Shown: in pieces, positions 27,494 to 37,064 of the stretch
Layout: each line of letters begins with the position of its first letter
Position numbering within the stretch: the stretch's first letter is position 1
Assembly: GCA_018303125.1 (NCBI GenBank)
Contig: JAGVYS010000001.1
Location: forward strand, 5,886 to 69,885
Source of the DNA: Candidatus Woesearchaeota archaeon
Lineage (GTDB): Archaea > Nanobdellota > Nanobdellia > Woesearchaeales > WJIZ01
DNA: 64,000 nucleotides
Direction: 5' to 3'
Translations under genes and position numbers: made by a program
Notes under the pieces: model-generated
The model's input: only the letters and a program-made list of their open reading frames with translations
Told to the model about the DNA's origin: nothing
The model's database searches: none

Positions 27494-28660
27494 ATGAGAA
27501 AGTCCCAATCGGCAATGAATGCGGCAGTGCTAATAACGATTGTTTCTGCCCTGATTATCCTCTATATAATACTGCTCCCTTCAGACAAAAGGCTGGAGCT
27601 TATAGGTGAAAACCGCTCATCATCCGAAACAGGCACAGAAGGGAAGATTCTTGTTGAGGACAAGGAAATAGTGATGGAGCACTTCAACGACGACAGCAAG
27701 GACTATGATAAAATTCCTTCTGTTAACCTCTACACAAAAAAAAGCTCTAAAGAGATATTCGAAGACAGCTCAGTTTATGTCAAAACATCTGTATTTGGAA
27801 AGGAAACAAAGGAGATTCCATTCAGTGTTGATGATGTGGATAATACAGATAATCTGCTTCTTTCATTTTTTGTAAAGAAGCATAGTGGCAGGCTCATGGT
27901 TTCTGTAAATGAGAGAGAAGTTTTCAATAATTATATAGAAAGCATAAACGTAGAGCCTATAAGCATACCTAATAGCATCCTGGCAAAGAGCAATATACTA
28001 AAACTTGAGGCTTCTGGGGTAGGCTTTGCATTCTGGGCAAAGAATGAGTATCTGCTTGAGGAGATTAAGATAACTGCCGACATAACAGATGTTTCTGCAA
28101 GGGGCTCAGAGGTTACTTTTAATGTTCCAAAATCAGAGATAAGCAACATTGACAAAGCAACACTTAGGTTTGTCCCTGAGTGCCAAGAGGGAAAGGTAGG
28201 CATACTTGAAGTTAGCATAAACGGAAAAGGAGTATTCTCTGGTGTGCCTGATTGTGGCATACCCAGGCCTTTGAGTTTTGCCCCTGAGCTTCTTGTTTCT
28301 GGGCCAAATAAGATATCCTTCCATAGCGATGAGGGTAGGTACCTTATAGACCAAATAAAGGTTACAACAGATTTTGACGAGCCGCCATCCTATACTTATT
28401 TCTTTGATGTTGACAATGCCTTGCTTAAGGATATAAACAGCAAAAAGAAAGTAGTCAATCTTACAATGTTCTTTGTGGATGATGAAGAAGACAAAGAAGC
28501 GGAGATTTTCATAAATGATAGAAAAACATTCATGAGAAGGCATAATGACTTCGAGTTCAGCAGAAACATAGGTGAATTCCTTGAAGTAGGGTCTAACTCC
28601 CTAAAAGTCGTGCCTGAGAGAAGGATGGAAGTCAGGAAGCTGGTTGTAAGGGCTGAATAG
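27494..28660 (+). CDS. Signal-anchored extracytoplasmic protein with three internal ~90-aa repeats (hypothetical)
   Basis: N-terminal hydrophobic anchor (AAVLITIVSALIILYIILL); repeat pattern L.F.V...V.N.R..F...G.N.LK recurs three times. Confidence 0.55.
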   Translation: MRKSQSAMNAAVLITIVSALIILYIILLPSDKRLELIGENRSSSETGTEGKILVEDKEIVMEHFNDDSKDYDKIPSVNLYTKKSSKEIFEDSSVYVKTSVFGKETKEIPFSVDDVDNTDNLLLSFFVKKHSGRLMVSVNEREVFNNYIESINVEPISIPNSILAKSNILKLEASGVGFAFWAKNEYLLEEIKITADITDVSARGSEVTFNVPKSEISNIDKATLRFVPECQEGKVGILEVSINGKGVFSGVPDCGIPRPLSFAPELLVSGPNKISFHSDEGRYLIDQIKVTTDFDEPPSYTYFFDVDNALLKDINSKKKVVNLTMFFVDDEEDKEAEIFINDRKTFMRRHNDFEFSRNIGEFLEVGSNSLKVVPERRMEVRKLVVRAE

Positions 28661-28766
28661 AGTTCTTTGAGTTGCGAAGATATATTTTTAAACATATATT
28701 GTTTTAGTCAACCTGCCTGATTCCAGGAGGTTTACAGGATAGGCTGCAATAAAAGAGGTTCAATTA

Positions 28767-31400
28767 ATGGTTTTCAAATGGATTAATAACAAACTGGGTG
28801 CTGGTAAAGCTAGGTTTGATAGTTCTGCGCCGGTGGTATGGACAAAGGACAAAGTAGATAGGACAAGGTCTACGATAGGCTCAGAGAGTGCCGAGGCAGA
28901 CAAGTTCAGGTCAAAAGGTGCCTTAACAACTATGCTAATTTTGGCCCTTTTAATAAATTATATTCTGGAAGGGTTCATTCCTGCATTCAGGTTTTCTGGC
29001 TTCGAGTTAAGTTTTTTCATCGGGACAATAGTCTACGGCGATTGGGTCGGAATATACAACCTTTTCCATTTCAACATTTTCTTCCTTCTTGTTGCATTTG
29101 CGGTATTCAATCTGAGAAACGGGAAGCCCCATATTCTCAGAGTATGGCTCGGTCTAATACTTATTGCTTACTTGCTTAGCTCAATACCCATACTCAACAC
29201 CTATATGGGCATAAGGAATTTTATTGAATTAATCATGCTGATAATTTCTGCCATTTACCTTTCCTTCAGTGAGACAACAAAAGAGGATTTCATATCTACT
29301 ATTGTTGTTATGTGGGCTTTCTACAACATTTTCTTCTTCGGCATTACTAGCACTATAGGAGGCCTGACTCATTTCATATTCATCATCCTTTTCTTCATAA
29401 TTTTCTGCATGGGAAACCACTTTGCAGAAGATAGGACTCAGATAAAATGGTGGCTCATAATACTAATCCTGTTTGATTTTTTCCTTCCGCAAATTCTTAA
29501 GGCGGCTTATCCTACTATACCTGTTGACTCCCTGCCATGGCTTACTTTCGGAATGGTAATATTTGGTAATGTCTACAAGCCGTATTGGTTCCCGAGATTT
29601 TTGCTTATAGCGCTGGTTGCATTCTATTTCCTGCAATATGCTTTCGCAGGCAATGATACATTTGCCCAGATAATTGGCCAGAGGGGTGCAGACCAGGAAA
29701 ACATAGCTGAGAGAATGAAGTTCCTAAACCCGAAAGAATGGTTAAACAGGATAACTCAGTGGACAAATCAATCTGTATATTATGCCTCAGGTCAAAACTA
29801 TTATGCGGGAAGGGTGGATGAGAACGCGAAGAAAGACCTTGGAGTGTTTATAGAGGGGATGGACCGTAACGATAAGATATTTTACGACAATGAAAGGATA
29901 ATAATCGATGCAAACCTAAAGGCCCAGAACTTCGTATCTGAAGAGGACGTTGGCTTTGAATCTCTCACCATACAGCTGGATTGCTGGGCGCAACAAAATG
30001 GGAAAAATTTCGCCCATGGAAAGATTTATCCGAAAAACAAGTATGAGATTGACGCATTTGATACTGAGAGCATACAGTGCATATTCGATCCATGGCAGCT
30101 CCAGCTTGGCTCATATGATATAATTATAGAGGCAACATTTAACTTCCAGACTCAGACATACCTCAAAAGATATTTTGTAAATACCCTGCTTTTAGACTCC
30201 CTCAAAAGTAAAAAAGTAATTGAAAAAGACTCAGACATATTGAAACTGAACAAGATAAGTGATACTATGCCTTCTGCAAAGAACAGCGCAGGTCCAGTGG
30301 AAATACGCGTGTCTGATCAGGTTCCAAGCATAATAGAGCTTAGCAATGAGATTGACACAAAGCAGATATTTGGCGTGCAGATTGCCAACAGATGGAGAGG
30401 CGAAATAAAGAGGATAAAGGGATTTGAGTTTTACCTACCGGACGGCATATATCTTGATGAAGGATACTGCACATTTGCTATGGGTATCGATGCTATAAGC
30501 GACAGCAGGTTTGAGGGCTACATCAAATACTCGCTCCAGGAAAAGAACAACATCAGGCTGAGAAACATAAAGAAGGAAATTGTACAGAGATGCTCGCTTG
30601 CCATGAAAAAAGGAGACATTGAAAAAGTCCTTGGGCCTGAGGATGTTACCACAAGGTATATACAATTGAAGACTGATTATGACTACCTTATGAAGGAAAG
30701 CGTAGGAATAACAGTTGCAGAGCCTCCTGGCGTAAACATGAAGATTTTCTCGCCTGACAGGGGCGCTATAGATTCAGGCAGCATGCCACTATGCAAGATA
30801 ACCTATGACAAAAAGGAGTCATTTATCCTATGGCTCCTTGGCGCAGCAGGAGTTGGCCTTAAGAACACTGTTGTTTTCGAGCTTTATGCTGGTGACAGTC
30901 TTGTAGAGCCTATGGTGCAGGAGCAATGTACCGAGGCAAGGTGCGAGCACTTTTACGAAAAAACGTTCCCTAAAGGCACAAAATTGAGATGCAAGGCAAC
31001 AGTGGATACTTCCAGATTTGATGAGCCTGCAGAGTGGCAGGAGCCAGAGGCTTACGTCATTGTGAAAAACAGCGCCCCAGTTGTTAAAAGCGTAGACTAT
31101 CTGAGGGATGCAAATTATGGTCTTACAACGAGAGAGTATGTCAAAGGTGACATTGCCATCTGTTCTGCAAGCGTTGAGGACAGAGATAATGATGAAATAA
31201 TTGCAGAGTTCAGCTTCGAGGGCTTTGATGTTGCCCCGACGACAAAGGAGTGCAGGGGCAACTGCTTCGTTGAAATCCCCACAGGAAGTGCACAAAAGGC
31301 AACAGCTATGACCTGCAAAGTAAGGGTTTTCGACGGAGAGGATTATAGCAAAGAAGTATCAACCAATGCGAATCTGGTTATGTTAGGTGCATCACCTTGA
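28767..31400 (+). CDS. Large polytopic membrane protein (about 8-9 TM in residues ~50-330) with a ~550-aa Cys-rich C-terminal ectodomain (hypothetical)
   Basis: Hydrophobic-helix pattern in the N-terminal third; many Cys in the C-terminal domain; no family recognised. Confidence 0.55.
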   Translation: MVFKWINNKLGAGKARFDSSAPVVWTKDKVDRTRSTIGSESAEADKFRSKGALTTMLILALLINYILEGFIPAFRFSGFELSFFIGTIVYGDWVGIYNLFHFNIFFLLVAFAVFNLRNGKPHILRVWLGLILIAYLLSSIPILNTYMGIRNFIELIMLIISAIYLSFSETTKEDFISTIVVMWAFYNIFFFGITSTIGGLTHFIFIILFFIIFCMGNHFAEDRTQIKWWLIILILFDFFLPQILKAAYPTIPVDSLPWLTFGMVIFGNVYKPYWFPRFLLIALVAFYFLQYAFAGNDTFAQIIGQRGADQENIAERMKFLNPKEWLNRITQWTNQSVYYASGQNYYAGRVDENAKKDLGVFIEGMDRNDKIFYDNERIIIDANLKAQNFVSEEDVGFESLTIQLDCWAQQNGKNFAHGKIYPKNKYEIDAFDTESIQCIFDPWQLQLGSYDIIIEATFNFQTQTYLKRYFVNTLLLDSLKSKKVIEKDSDILKLNKISDTMPSAKNSAGPVEIRVSDQVPSIIELSNEIDTKQIFGVQIANRWRGEIKRIKGFEFYLPDGIYLDEGYCTFAMGIDAISDSRFEGYIKYSLQEKNNIRLRNIKKEIVQRCSLAMKKGDIEKVLGPEDVTTRYIQLKTDYDYLMKESVGITVAEPPGVNMKIFSPDRGAIDSGSMPLCKITYDKKESFILWLLGAAGVGLKNTVVFELYAGDSLVEPMVQEQCTEARCEHFYEKTFPKGTKLRCKATVDTSRFDEPAEWQEPEAYVIVKNSAPVVKSVDYLRDANYGLTTREYVKGDIAICSASVEDRDNDEIIAEFSFEGFDVAPTTKECRGNCFVEIPTGSAQKATAMTCKVRVFDGEDYSKEVSTNANLVMLGASP

Positions 31401-32365
31401 AAAAGTTCTATTTGCTAATAATTGCAGTCATGCTAGTTTCAGCATGCCGGGGCTCAGGAGAGGGTTCTTTGGATGATAAGCTTCAGACAGGGATAGATGG
31501 GCTTACATTGAAATTCCTAAAAAATGGCGTTCCTGAGGTTATAGAAGGAAACAGGCTAAGCATGGCTCTTGAGATAAGGAACGAGGGTTTCAGCTACATT
31601 GAGGATTCCCTTCTTGTCCTATATACAGAGAAGGATGTCCTTAAACTAGAGAAATGGGATTTGCCTGGAAGGCTAAGGGTAAACAGCGACAACAGCCTTT
31701 CGTTTAACTTAAGGGGAAAGACTCTTGCCAATAGAAAGGGAGAGTTCGAGTTGCCAAGCTTCACTGTCAAGGCTGAAAAGATTGATGAATCAAGGAATAA
31801 GATTGAATCAATGGTGGGAATAAACGCCTGCTACAGGTATTATACTATATTCTCTGAGAGCCTCTGCATAGATACAGACCCATTTGGCAGGAAAATTGCA
31901 AGCAAGAGCTGCAAAGCAAAGGACATAAGCTCCTCAAGCCAAGGCGCTCCTGTAGCTATAACTAAAGTGGAGCAGAGCATATTCCCTGCTGAAACTCCAG
32001 ACTCCGCAATAATAGAATTGAATATATATATAGAGAATAAGGGCAAAGGCATTTTGATTGACCCTGAAAAGTATAAGGATGCCTGCCTCGGAAAAGGCCA
32101 AGGATTTAATTCTATATTGCTTACCAAGTTGAAGTTTTCATGGTATGAATACAATTATGAGGGCTTGTCTGATTTTGAATGCTCTCCCAACCCAATTGAG
32201 CAGAGAAAAAAGGAGTACGTTGTAAGGTGCAGGCTGAAGGAAGAAAGTGCAATCCCCTCTGAAACACTGACATTTGAAACTCCTCTCCTTATTGAGCTTT
32301 ATTATGGATATAAGATATCTGATTCCATAAGAATTGATGTGCTTAATGATGAAAGAAGCAACTAA
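31397..32365 (+). CDS. Putative lipoprotein, paralog A of a three-member family
   Basis: Signal peptide plus lipobox-like VSAC; motifs CYRYYT...LCID and SQGAPVAITKVE shared with the next two genes; TTG start overlaps the stop of the upstream gene. Confidence 0.55.
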   Translation: MKKFYLLIIAVMLVSACRGSGEGSLDDKLQTGIDGLTLKFLKNGVPEVIEGNRLSMALEIRNEGFSYIEDSLLVLYTEKDVLKLEKWDLPGRLRVNSDNSLSFNLRGKTLANRKGEFELPSFTVKAEKIDESRNKIESMVGINACYRYYTIFSESLCIDTDPFGRKIASKSCKAKDISSSSQGAPVAITKVEQSIFPAETPDSAIIELNIYIENKGKGILIDPEKYKDACLGKGQGFNSILLTKLKFSWYEYNYEGLSDFECSPNPIEQRKKEYVVRCRLKEESAIPSETLTFETPLLIELYYGYKISDSIRIDVLNDERSN

Positions 32366-32409
32366 GCGTAGAAAATTTTAAATAGGATGTTTCAGGGTAT
32401 TATGCTAAT

Positions 32410-33360
32410 ATGAGATTCCGCGTCATTTTGGCTATCCTTCTTATATCGCTTACCGTAATATCGTGCAGTCCTAACAGGAACAGAGAGGGGGAAAGGATAT
32501 CTGATAGAGATTATAGGCAAGGCACCAAGGGGCTTGAGCTGGAGTTTATGAGGAATGCTCCGCCGGATAGGGTATACTCTGGAGATGACATGAACTTAAT
32601 TGTTGAGATAAGAAACCTAGGTGCATACCCGACAACAGATTCATTCGATGGAAGATTAGAGGTTTATGGCTATGATGAAAAAGTCTTCCAAGGTGAAAGA
32701 TGGAATGGCGGCCCATTTATCTCGCCTACCTTGCAGGGAAGAAGCCAGTTTTCACCAGAAGGTGGTAGGGAAAACAAGGAGTTCCATGTTGATAAGGTAA
32801 CTACTCCCTTTGGTTCAGAAGCTTTCAAGCAAAGGATAATAGTTGCAGCATGCTACAAGTACAAGACAATAGCACAGCCGTTGGTGTGTATAGACCCTGA
32901 ACCACAGTCTGTTTTTGATGAAAGCAAGGTATGCACAGTAGACAGGAATGGAAAGACTTATGCCCTTGGAAGCCAAGGTGCGCCTGTGGCAGTTACAAGG
33001 GTAGAGGAAGAGATAAGTAGCAGCAACATCCATTTCAGCATAGAAATAAAGAATGTTGGAAGAGGCAAGGTTGTTGATGAGAACGTTAGGAAAGAATGCC
33101 CGCTTGGCCTTGATTTTAATGACGTTGACAGGGTTATGGCCTCAGTTAAGCTTCCCTATGATTCTTCTCCAAAATGCCAGCCAAAGGGGGATTATACTGA
33201 CCCTATAAGGCTGGATGAAAGCGGAAGAGGAACTATATTTTGTACATTCAAGAAGCCGCCATCCAAATCAGCCTTTGAGACGGTTCTGCAGATAACGCTT
33301 GATTATAGGTATGTTGACGAAGTATATAAGGACATTGAAGTCATAAACATTGATAGGTAG
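32410..33360 (+). CDS. Putative lipoprotein, paralog B
   Basis: Signal peptide plus VISC; CYKYKT...VCID, SQGAPVAVTRVE. Confidence 0.55.
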   Translation: MRFRVILAILLISLTVISCSPNRNREGERISDRDYRQGTKGLELEFMRNAPPDRVYSGDDMNLIVEIRNLGAYPTTDSFDGRLEVYGYDEKVFQGERWNGGPFISPTLQGRSQFSPEGGRENKEFHVDKVTTPFGSEAFKQRIIVAACYKYKTIAQPLVCIDPEPQSVFDESKVCTVDRNGKTYALGSQGAPVAVTRVEEEISSSNIHFSIEIKNVGRGKVVDENVRKECPLGLDFNDVDRVMASVKLPYDSSPKCQPKGDYTDPIRLDESGRGTIFCTFKKPPSKSAFETVLQITLDYRYVDEVYKDIEVINIDR

Positions 33361-33443
33361 GACCCTTTAAGCAAGATTATTCTGGTTAAATTATCATGGG
33401 ATAGAAGTAAGGTTTATATATTAAGAGATTATAAAGTAGCAAA

Positions 33444-34388
33444 ATGAGAAAAATCCTGATAGTGCTTCTTTTTGTATCGCTTGTCATGACTGCCTGTGAT
33501 GGAAAAGGGCCTAAGGGAAGCATAGAAAATCCTTGGATAGGCGGAACAAAAGGAGTCATTGTTTCTTTTGAGGAGAATGCTCCACAAGCAGAGGTTTTTG
33601 ATGGTGGTAATTACCCGTTTGGTGTTGTAACCAAGCTAAAGAACGAAGGAGAGTATGAGGTTCAAAAAGAGGACGTAAAAGTCACAATATCGGGAATACT
33701 CGCGCAGGAATTCGGAAGGGTTGAAAGCGACCTTGTAAAAGGTCCTGATGATTTACTGCCTGCAAAAAGGAAGGATTCTGAAGGACGGGCAGAGGACTCT
33801 GACCCCGTATTCGTGGATTTTGGTGATTTTACATTTGAGTCAAGCATTGTGGCACAGAATACTTACACTTTAAGGGCAGATGTATGCTATAAGTACCAGA
33901 CAACAGCAAACTCGCTCATATGCGTCCTAAAAGATAACTTAAAGGACAATGATGCAGTCTGTGCAGTAAATGAGCCAAAGGCTGTCTTCAATTCTGGTGC
34001 TCCAGTACAAATTTCTGATTTCAGAGAGTCTGCAAGAGGCAAAAACAAGATTGCGTTCACATTTATAGTCTCACACAAGGGAGCGGGCAAGATATTCAAG
34101 ATGGATTCAGGTTGCAACGTCACATCAAGAGACTTTGAGGACAGAGTTTTTGTGGACGTTTCAACAGGAATAGAAGGCAAGCTTGAGTGCACAGGACTCA
34201 AGGAAAGCACGATGACCAATGGTTCTGTCTCGGGTTTCCTCACATTGTTCTCGAGCCAGAAGGCAGTAAGCTGTTCGCAGGAAGTCTCTACCAATTCTGA
34301 TTACCAAAAGCCTGCAACAATAAAGGCAACATATGATTATTCTGATAATATAGTAACAGAAGTATTGGTAAAACACCAGCTTAATTAG
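33444..34388 (+). CDS. Putative lipoprotein, paralog C
   Basis: Signal peptide plus MTAC; CYKYQT...ICV, SGAPVQISDF. Confidence 0.55.
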   Translation: MRKILIVLLFVSLVMTACDGKGPKGSIENPWIGGTKGVIVSFEENAPQAEVFDGGNYPFGVVTKLKNEGEYEVQKEDVKVTISGILAQEFGRVESDLVKGPDDLLPAKRKDSEGRAEDSDPVFVDFGDFTFESSIVAQNTYTLRADVCYKYQTTANSLICVLKDNLKDNDAVCAVNEPKAVFNSGAPVQISDFRESARGKNKIAFTFIVSHKGAGKIFKMDSGCNVTSRDFEDRVFVDVSTGIEGKLECTGLKESTMTNGSVSGFLTLFSSQKAVSCSQEVSTNSDYQKPATIKATYDYSDNIVTEVLVKHQLN

Positions 34389-35340
34389 CTTTTCCTAAAA
34401 GTGCAGCTTGGGCAAGGAAGGCTTCAAGTTGTATGAATTCATCACTACCCTCACTCATCCTGAATTCTGTTTCTCCACACTTGCTTATAAGCTCCATCTT
34501 TGCCCTTGGAGACAAATCAAGGCTTATTATTTCCTTTTGCATCTGCTTTATGACATCAATTCCTGCAAGTCCATGAGAGAGCATTGTGTCCAGAAGCTTG
34601 CTTCTTGCATCTATAAACTTGCTAGAAACAGCAAGCTCAAGTATCTCCTTTATGTCCTTTGGCCTTGCTGCAGAAGAAAGGGAGTAGACAGTTTCCTCTG
34701 ATATGTTCTTGCCGAGTGCTGCGCTTGCCTGGAGAATGTTCTCTAGCTTCCTGCAGTCTCCCCCGGAAAAATCAACCAGCGCTTCCTTGGCCTTCTCGCT
34801 TATTGTAAGGTGCTCTGAATGAGTTACTGTTTCTATTATCTTAATGATGTCCTGCTTATCCAGGGGCTTGAACCTGAATACGCTGCATCTTGATTGCAAT
34901 GGCTCTATAATCTTGCTTGAATAGTTGCAGGAGAGTACGAACCTGCAGGTAGAAGTAAAATTCTCCATTGTCCTCCTTAAGGCCTGTTGTGCCTCCCTTG
35001 TGAGGGCATCGCACTCATCAAGAAAGATTATCTTGAAAGGCACATCGCCTATGGCCTTTGTCCTGGCAAAATCCTTCACCTTGACCCTTATGACATCTAT
35101 GCCTCTTTCATCAGAAGCATTAAGCTCCAGGAAGTTCTGGTGCCATGAATCAGAGAAAAGCTGTTTTGCTATAACAATAGCCATTGAGCTTTTTCCTGTT
35201 CCGGGAGGGCCTGCAAATAGCAGGTGAGGCATGTTTTTGCTCTCAACAAAGGACTTAACCCTGGCCACAATCTCTTTCTGCCCCTTAATTTCATTGAAAT
35301 TCTTTGGCCTGTATTTCTCTATCCAGATTGCGTGCTCCAT
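34381..35340 (-). CDS. rfcS: Replication factor C small subunit (clamp loader), intein-free
   Basis: WIEKYRP..., Walker A GPPGTGKS, Walker B DECD, SRC motif. Confidence 0.92.
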   Translation of the reverse strand: MEHAIWIEKYRPKNFNEIKGQKEIVARVKSFVESKNMPHLLFAGPPGTGKSSMAIVIAKQLFSDSWHQNFLELNASDERGIDVIRVKVKDFARTKAIGDVPFKIIFLDECDALTREAQQALRRTMENFTSTCRFVLSCNYSSKIIEPLQSRCSVFRFKPLDKQDIIKIIETVTHSEHLTISEKAKEALVDFSGGDCRKLENILQASAALGKNISEETVYSLSSAARPKDIKEILELAVSSKFIDARSKLLDTMLSHGLAGIDVIKQMQKEIISLDLSPRAKMELISKCGETEFRMSEGSDEFIQLEAFLAQAALLGKAN

Positions 35341-35402
35341 TGGGAAAGTGAAGCAAAATAGCTGTTATAAAGGTTTCGAAGATACGCTTAAATTCAAGAA
35401 AA

Positions 35403-35663
35403 TTAGATAATATCTTCTTCAGAAATAACGAGGAAGTCTCCTACAGCGATTACTGACGAAAAAGGTATAAGCAACTTCCCTTCTTTGTCCTTTTCCAACT
35501 CAATCTTCTCTGTATATGATGTCGGGTTGCCAAGAACTATATGGATGAGCTCACCGCTCCTTGTCTCAAATACTATGTCTGCCACATCACCGAATTTTTT
35601 CCCACTCTTGCTCACAACGGTCTTGCCAAGAATTTGCTTTGCGAACTTTTTGTCATCTACCAT
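35403..35663 (-). CDS. PRC-barrel domain protein
   Basis: 86 aa, GKTVVSKSGKKFGDVADIVFETRSGELIHIVL matches the archaeal PRC-barrel pattern. Confidence 0.6.
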   Translation of the reverse strand: MVDDKKFAKQILGKTVVSKSGKKFGDVADIVFETRSGELIHIVLGNPTSYTEKIELEKDKEGKLLIPFSSVIAVGDFLVISEEDII

Positions 35664-35780
35664 ATTATATCGTTTCGAATGATAGTTGATAAATATATAA
35701 ACTTTTTGTTTTTCTTAAGTAGAAACAAAAAAGCCGTGTGAACCGTTAAACTTTTAATCAACACTTGGGTTAGATATGTT

Positions 35781-37064
35781 ATGGACACCAAAGAAAGGCT
35801 TGCTTTGATTTCCCAGGTAGGAGAAGAGATAGTTACAAAAGACGACCTTGTAAAAATTCTGGATAAAAAACAAAATCCCATTGCTTATGACGGCTTTGAG
35901 CCTTCTGGCAAGAATATACACATAGCTCAGGGCCTACTTCGGGCAATAAACATCAACAAGATGACAAAGGCGGGGTGCAGGTTCAAGATTCTCATCGCGG
36001 ATTGGCATGCATGGGCTAATAACAAGATGAATGGCAACCTTGAGCACATACAGAAGGTTGGGGAGTACCTTATTGAGGTCTGGAGGGCCTGTGATATGGA
36101 CTTGAAGAACGTGGAGTTTGTTTGGGCATCTGACCTTGTGAAGGACAACAATTATTGGAAGGAAGTAATGCAAATAGCCAGGATTTCAACTGTGAAAAGA
36201 ATACAGAGGTGCTCACAGATAATGGGCAGGAAAGAAGGAGATGCGCAACAGGCTTCCCAGATTCTCTATCCTTGCATGCAGGCTGCTGATATCTTCTATC
36301 TTGGGGCAGACATCTGCCAGCTTGGCATGGACCAGAGAAAAGTTAATGTTTTGGCAAGGGAGGTATCGAAGAAGCTTGGTCATGCCGAACCAGTCATAGT
36401 ATCTCATCATATGCTAAGCGGCTTGCAAGGCCCACTTCCAAAAATAGAGGGAATAGAAACCCTATCAGATAAAATTCCGCTTGGAAAAGACATGCAAAAG
36501 ATTCTCAAGGATACAGGCATATTGATTAGCCAGCATTACCCATCATTATTGGGTGTTTTCAGGGCAATTGAAACTGATTTAGAGACTGCCAAAACCGGAA
36601 GCATGGATAAGATAAACCAAGCGGTGAAATCAATTAAGGAACTAAAAGAGAAATATTTCGAGGAAAGGCAGATTGGGCTTAAGATGTCAAAATCAAAGCC
36701 AGATACTGCAATTTTCATGAATGACAATCTGGAGAGCATAGAAAAAAAGCTCAGGAAGGCATATTGCCCTGAAGGCATAGTTGATGATAATCCGGTGCTT
36801 GAATATTGCAATTACATAATTTTTGAAAGATTCAAAAAGTTCAAGGTAGAAAGGTCTGAAAAATGGGGAGGCCCGATTGAGTTCAGCTCTTACATTGAGC
36901 TTAAAGATGCATTCAAAAAAAAGGAAGTCCATCCCATGGACCTAAAGGCCTCTGTTGTAAAGCACCTGCATATGCTGCTGGTGCCTGTGCAGGACAGGCT
37001 AAGCAAAAACAAGAAAGCAAAGCAGCTTGAAAAGGAAATTGAACCCTTCATTGTCACAAGCTAG
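35781..37064 (+). CDS. tyrS: Tyrosine--tRNA ligase (archaeal/eukaryal type) with a ~85-aa insertion before KMSKS and a HIAQ variant of the HIGH motif
   Basis: AYDGFEPSGK.IHIAQG, LYPCMQAADIFYLGADICQLGMDQRKVNVLARE, KMSKS and KAYCPEG align with M. jannaschii TyrRS. Confidence 0.8.
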   Translation: MDTKERLALISQVGEEIVTKDDLVKILDKKQNPIAYDGFEPSGKNIHIAQGLLRAININKMTKAGCRFKILIADWHAWANNKMNGNLEHIQKVGEYLIEVWRACDMDLKNVEFVWASDLVKDNNYWKEVMQIARISTVKRIQRCSQIMGRKEGDAQQASQILYPCMQAADIFYLGADICQLGMDQRKVNVLAREVSKKLGHAEPVIVSHHMLSGLQGPLPKIEGIETLSDKIPLGKDMQKILKDTGILISQHYPSLLGVFRAIETDLETAKTGSMDKINQAVKSIKELKEKYFEERQIGLKMSKSKPDTAIFMNDNLESIEKKLRKAYCPEGIVDDNPVLEYCNYIIFERFKKFKVERSEKWGGPIEFSSYIELKDAFKKKEVHPMDLKASVVKHLHMLLVPVQDRLSKNKKAKQLEKEIEPFIVTS

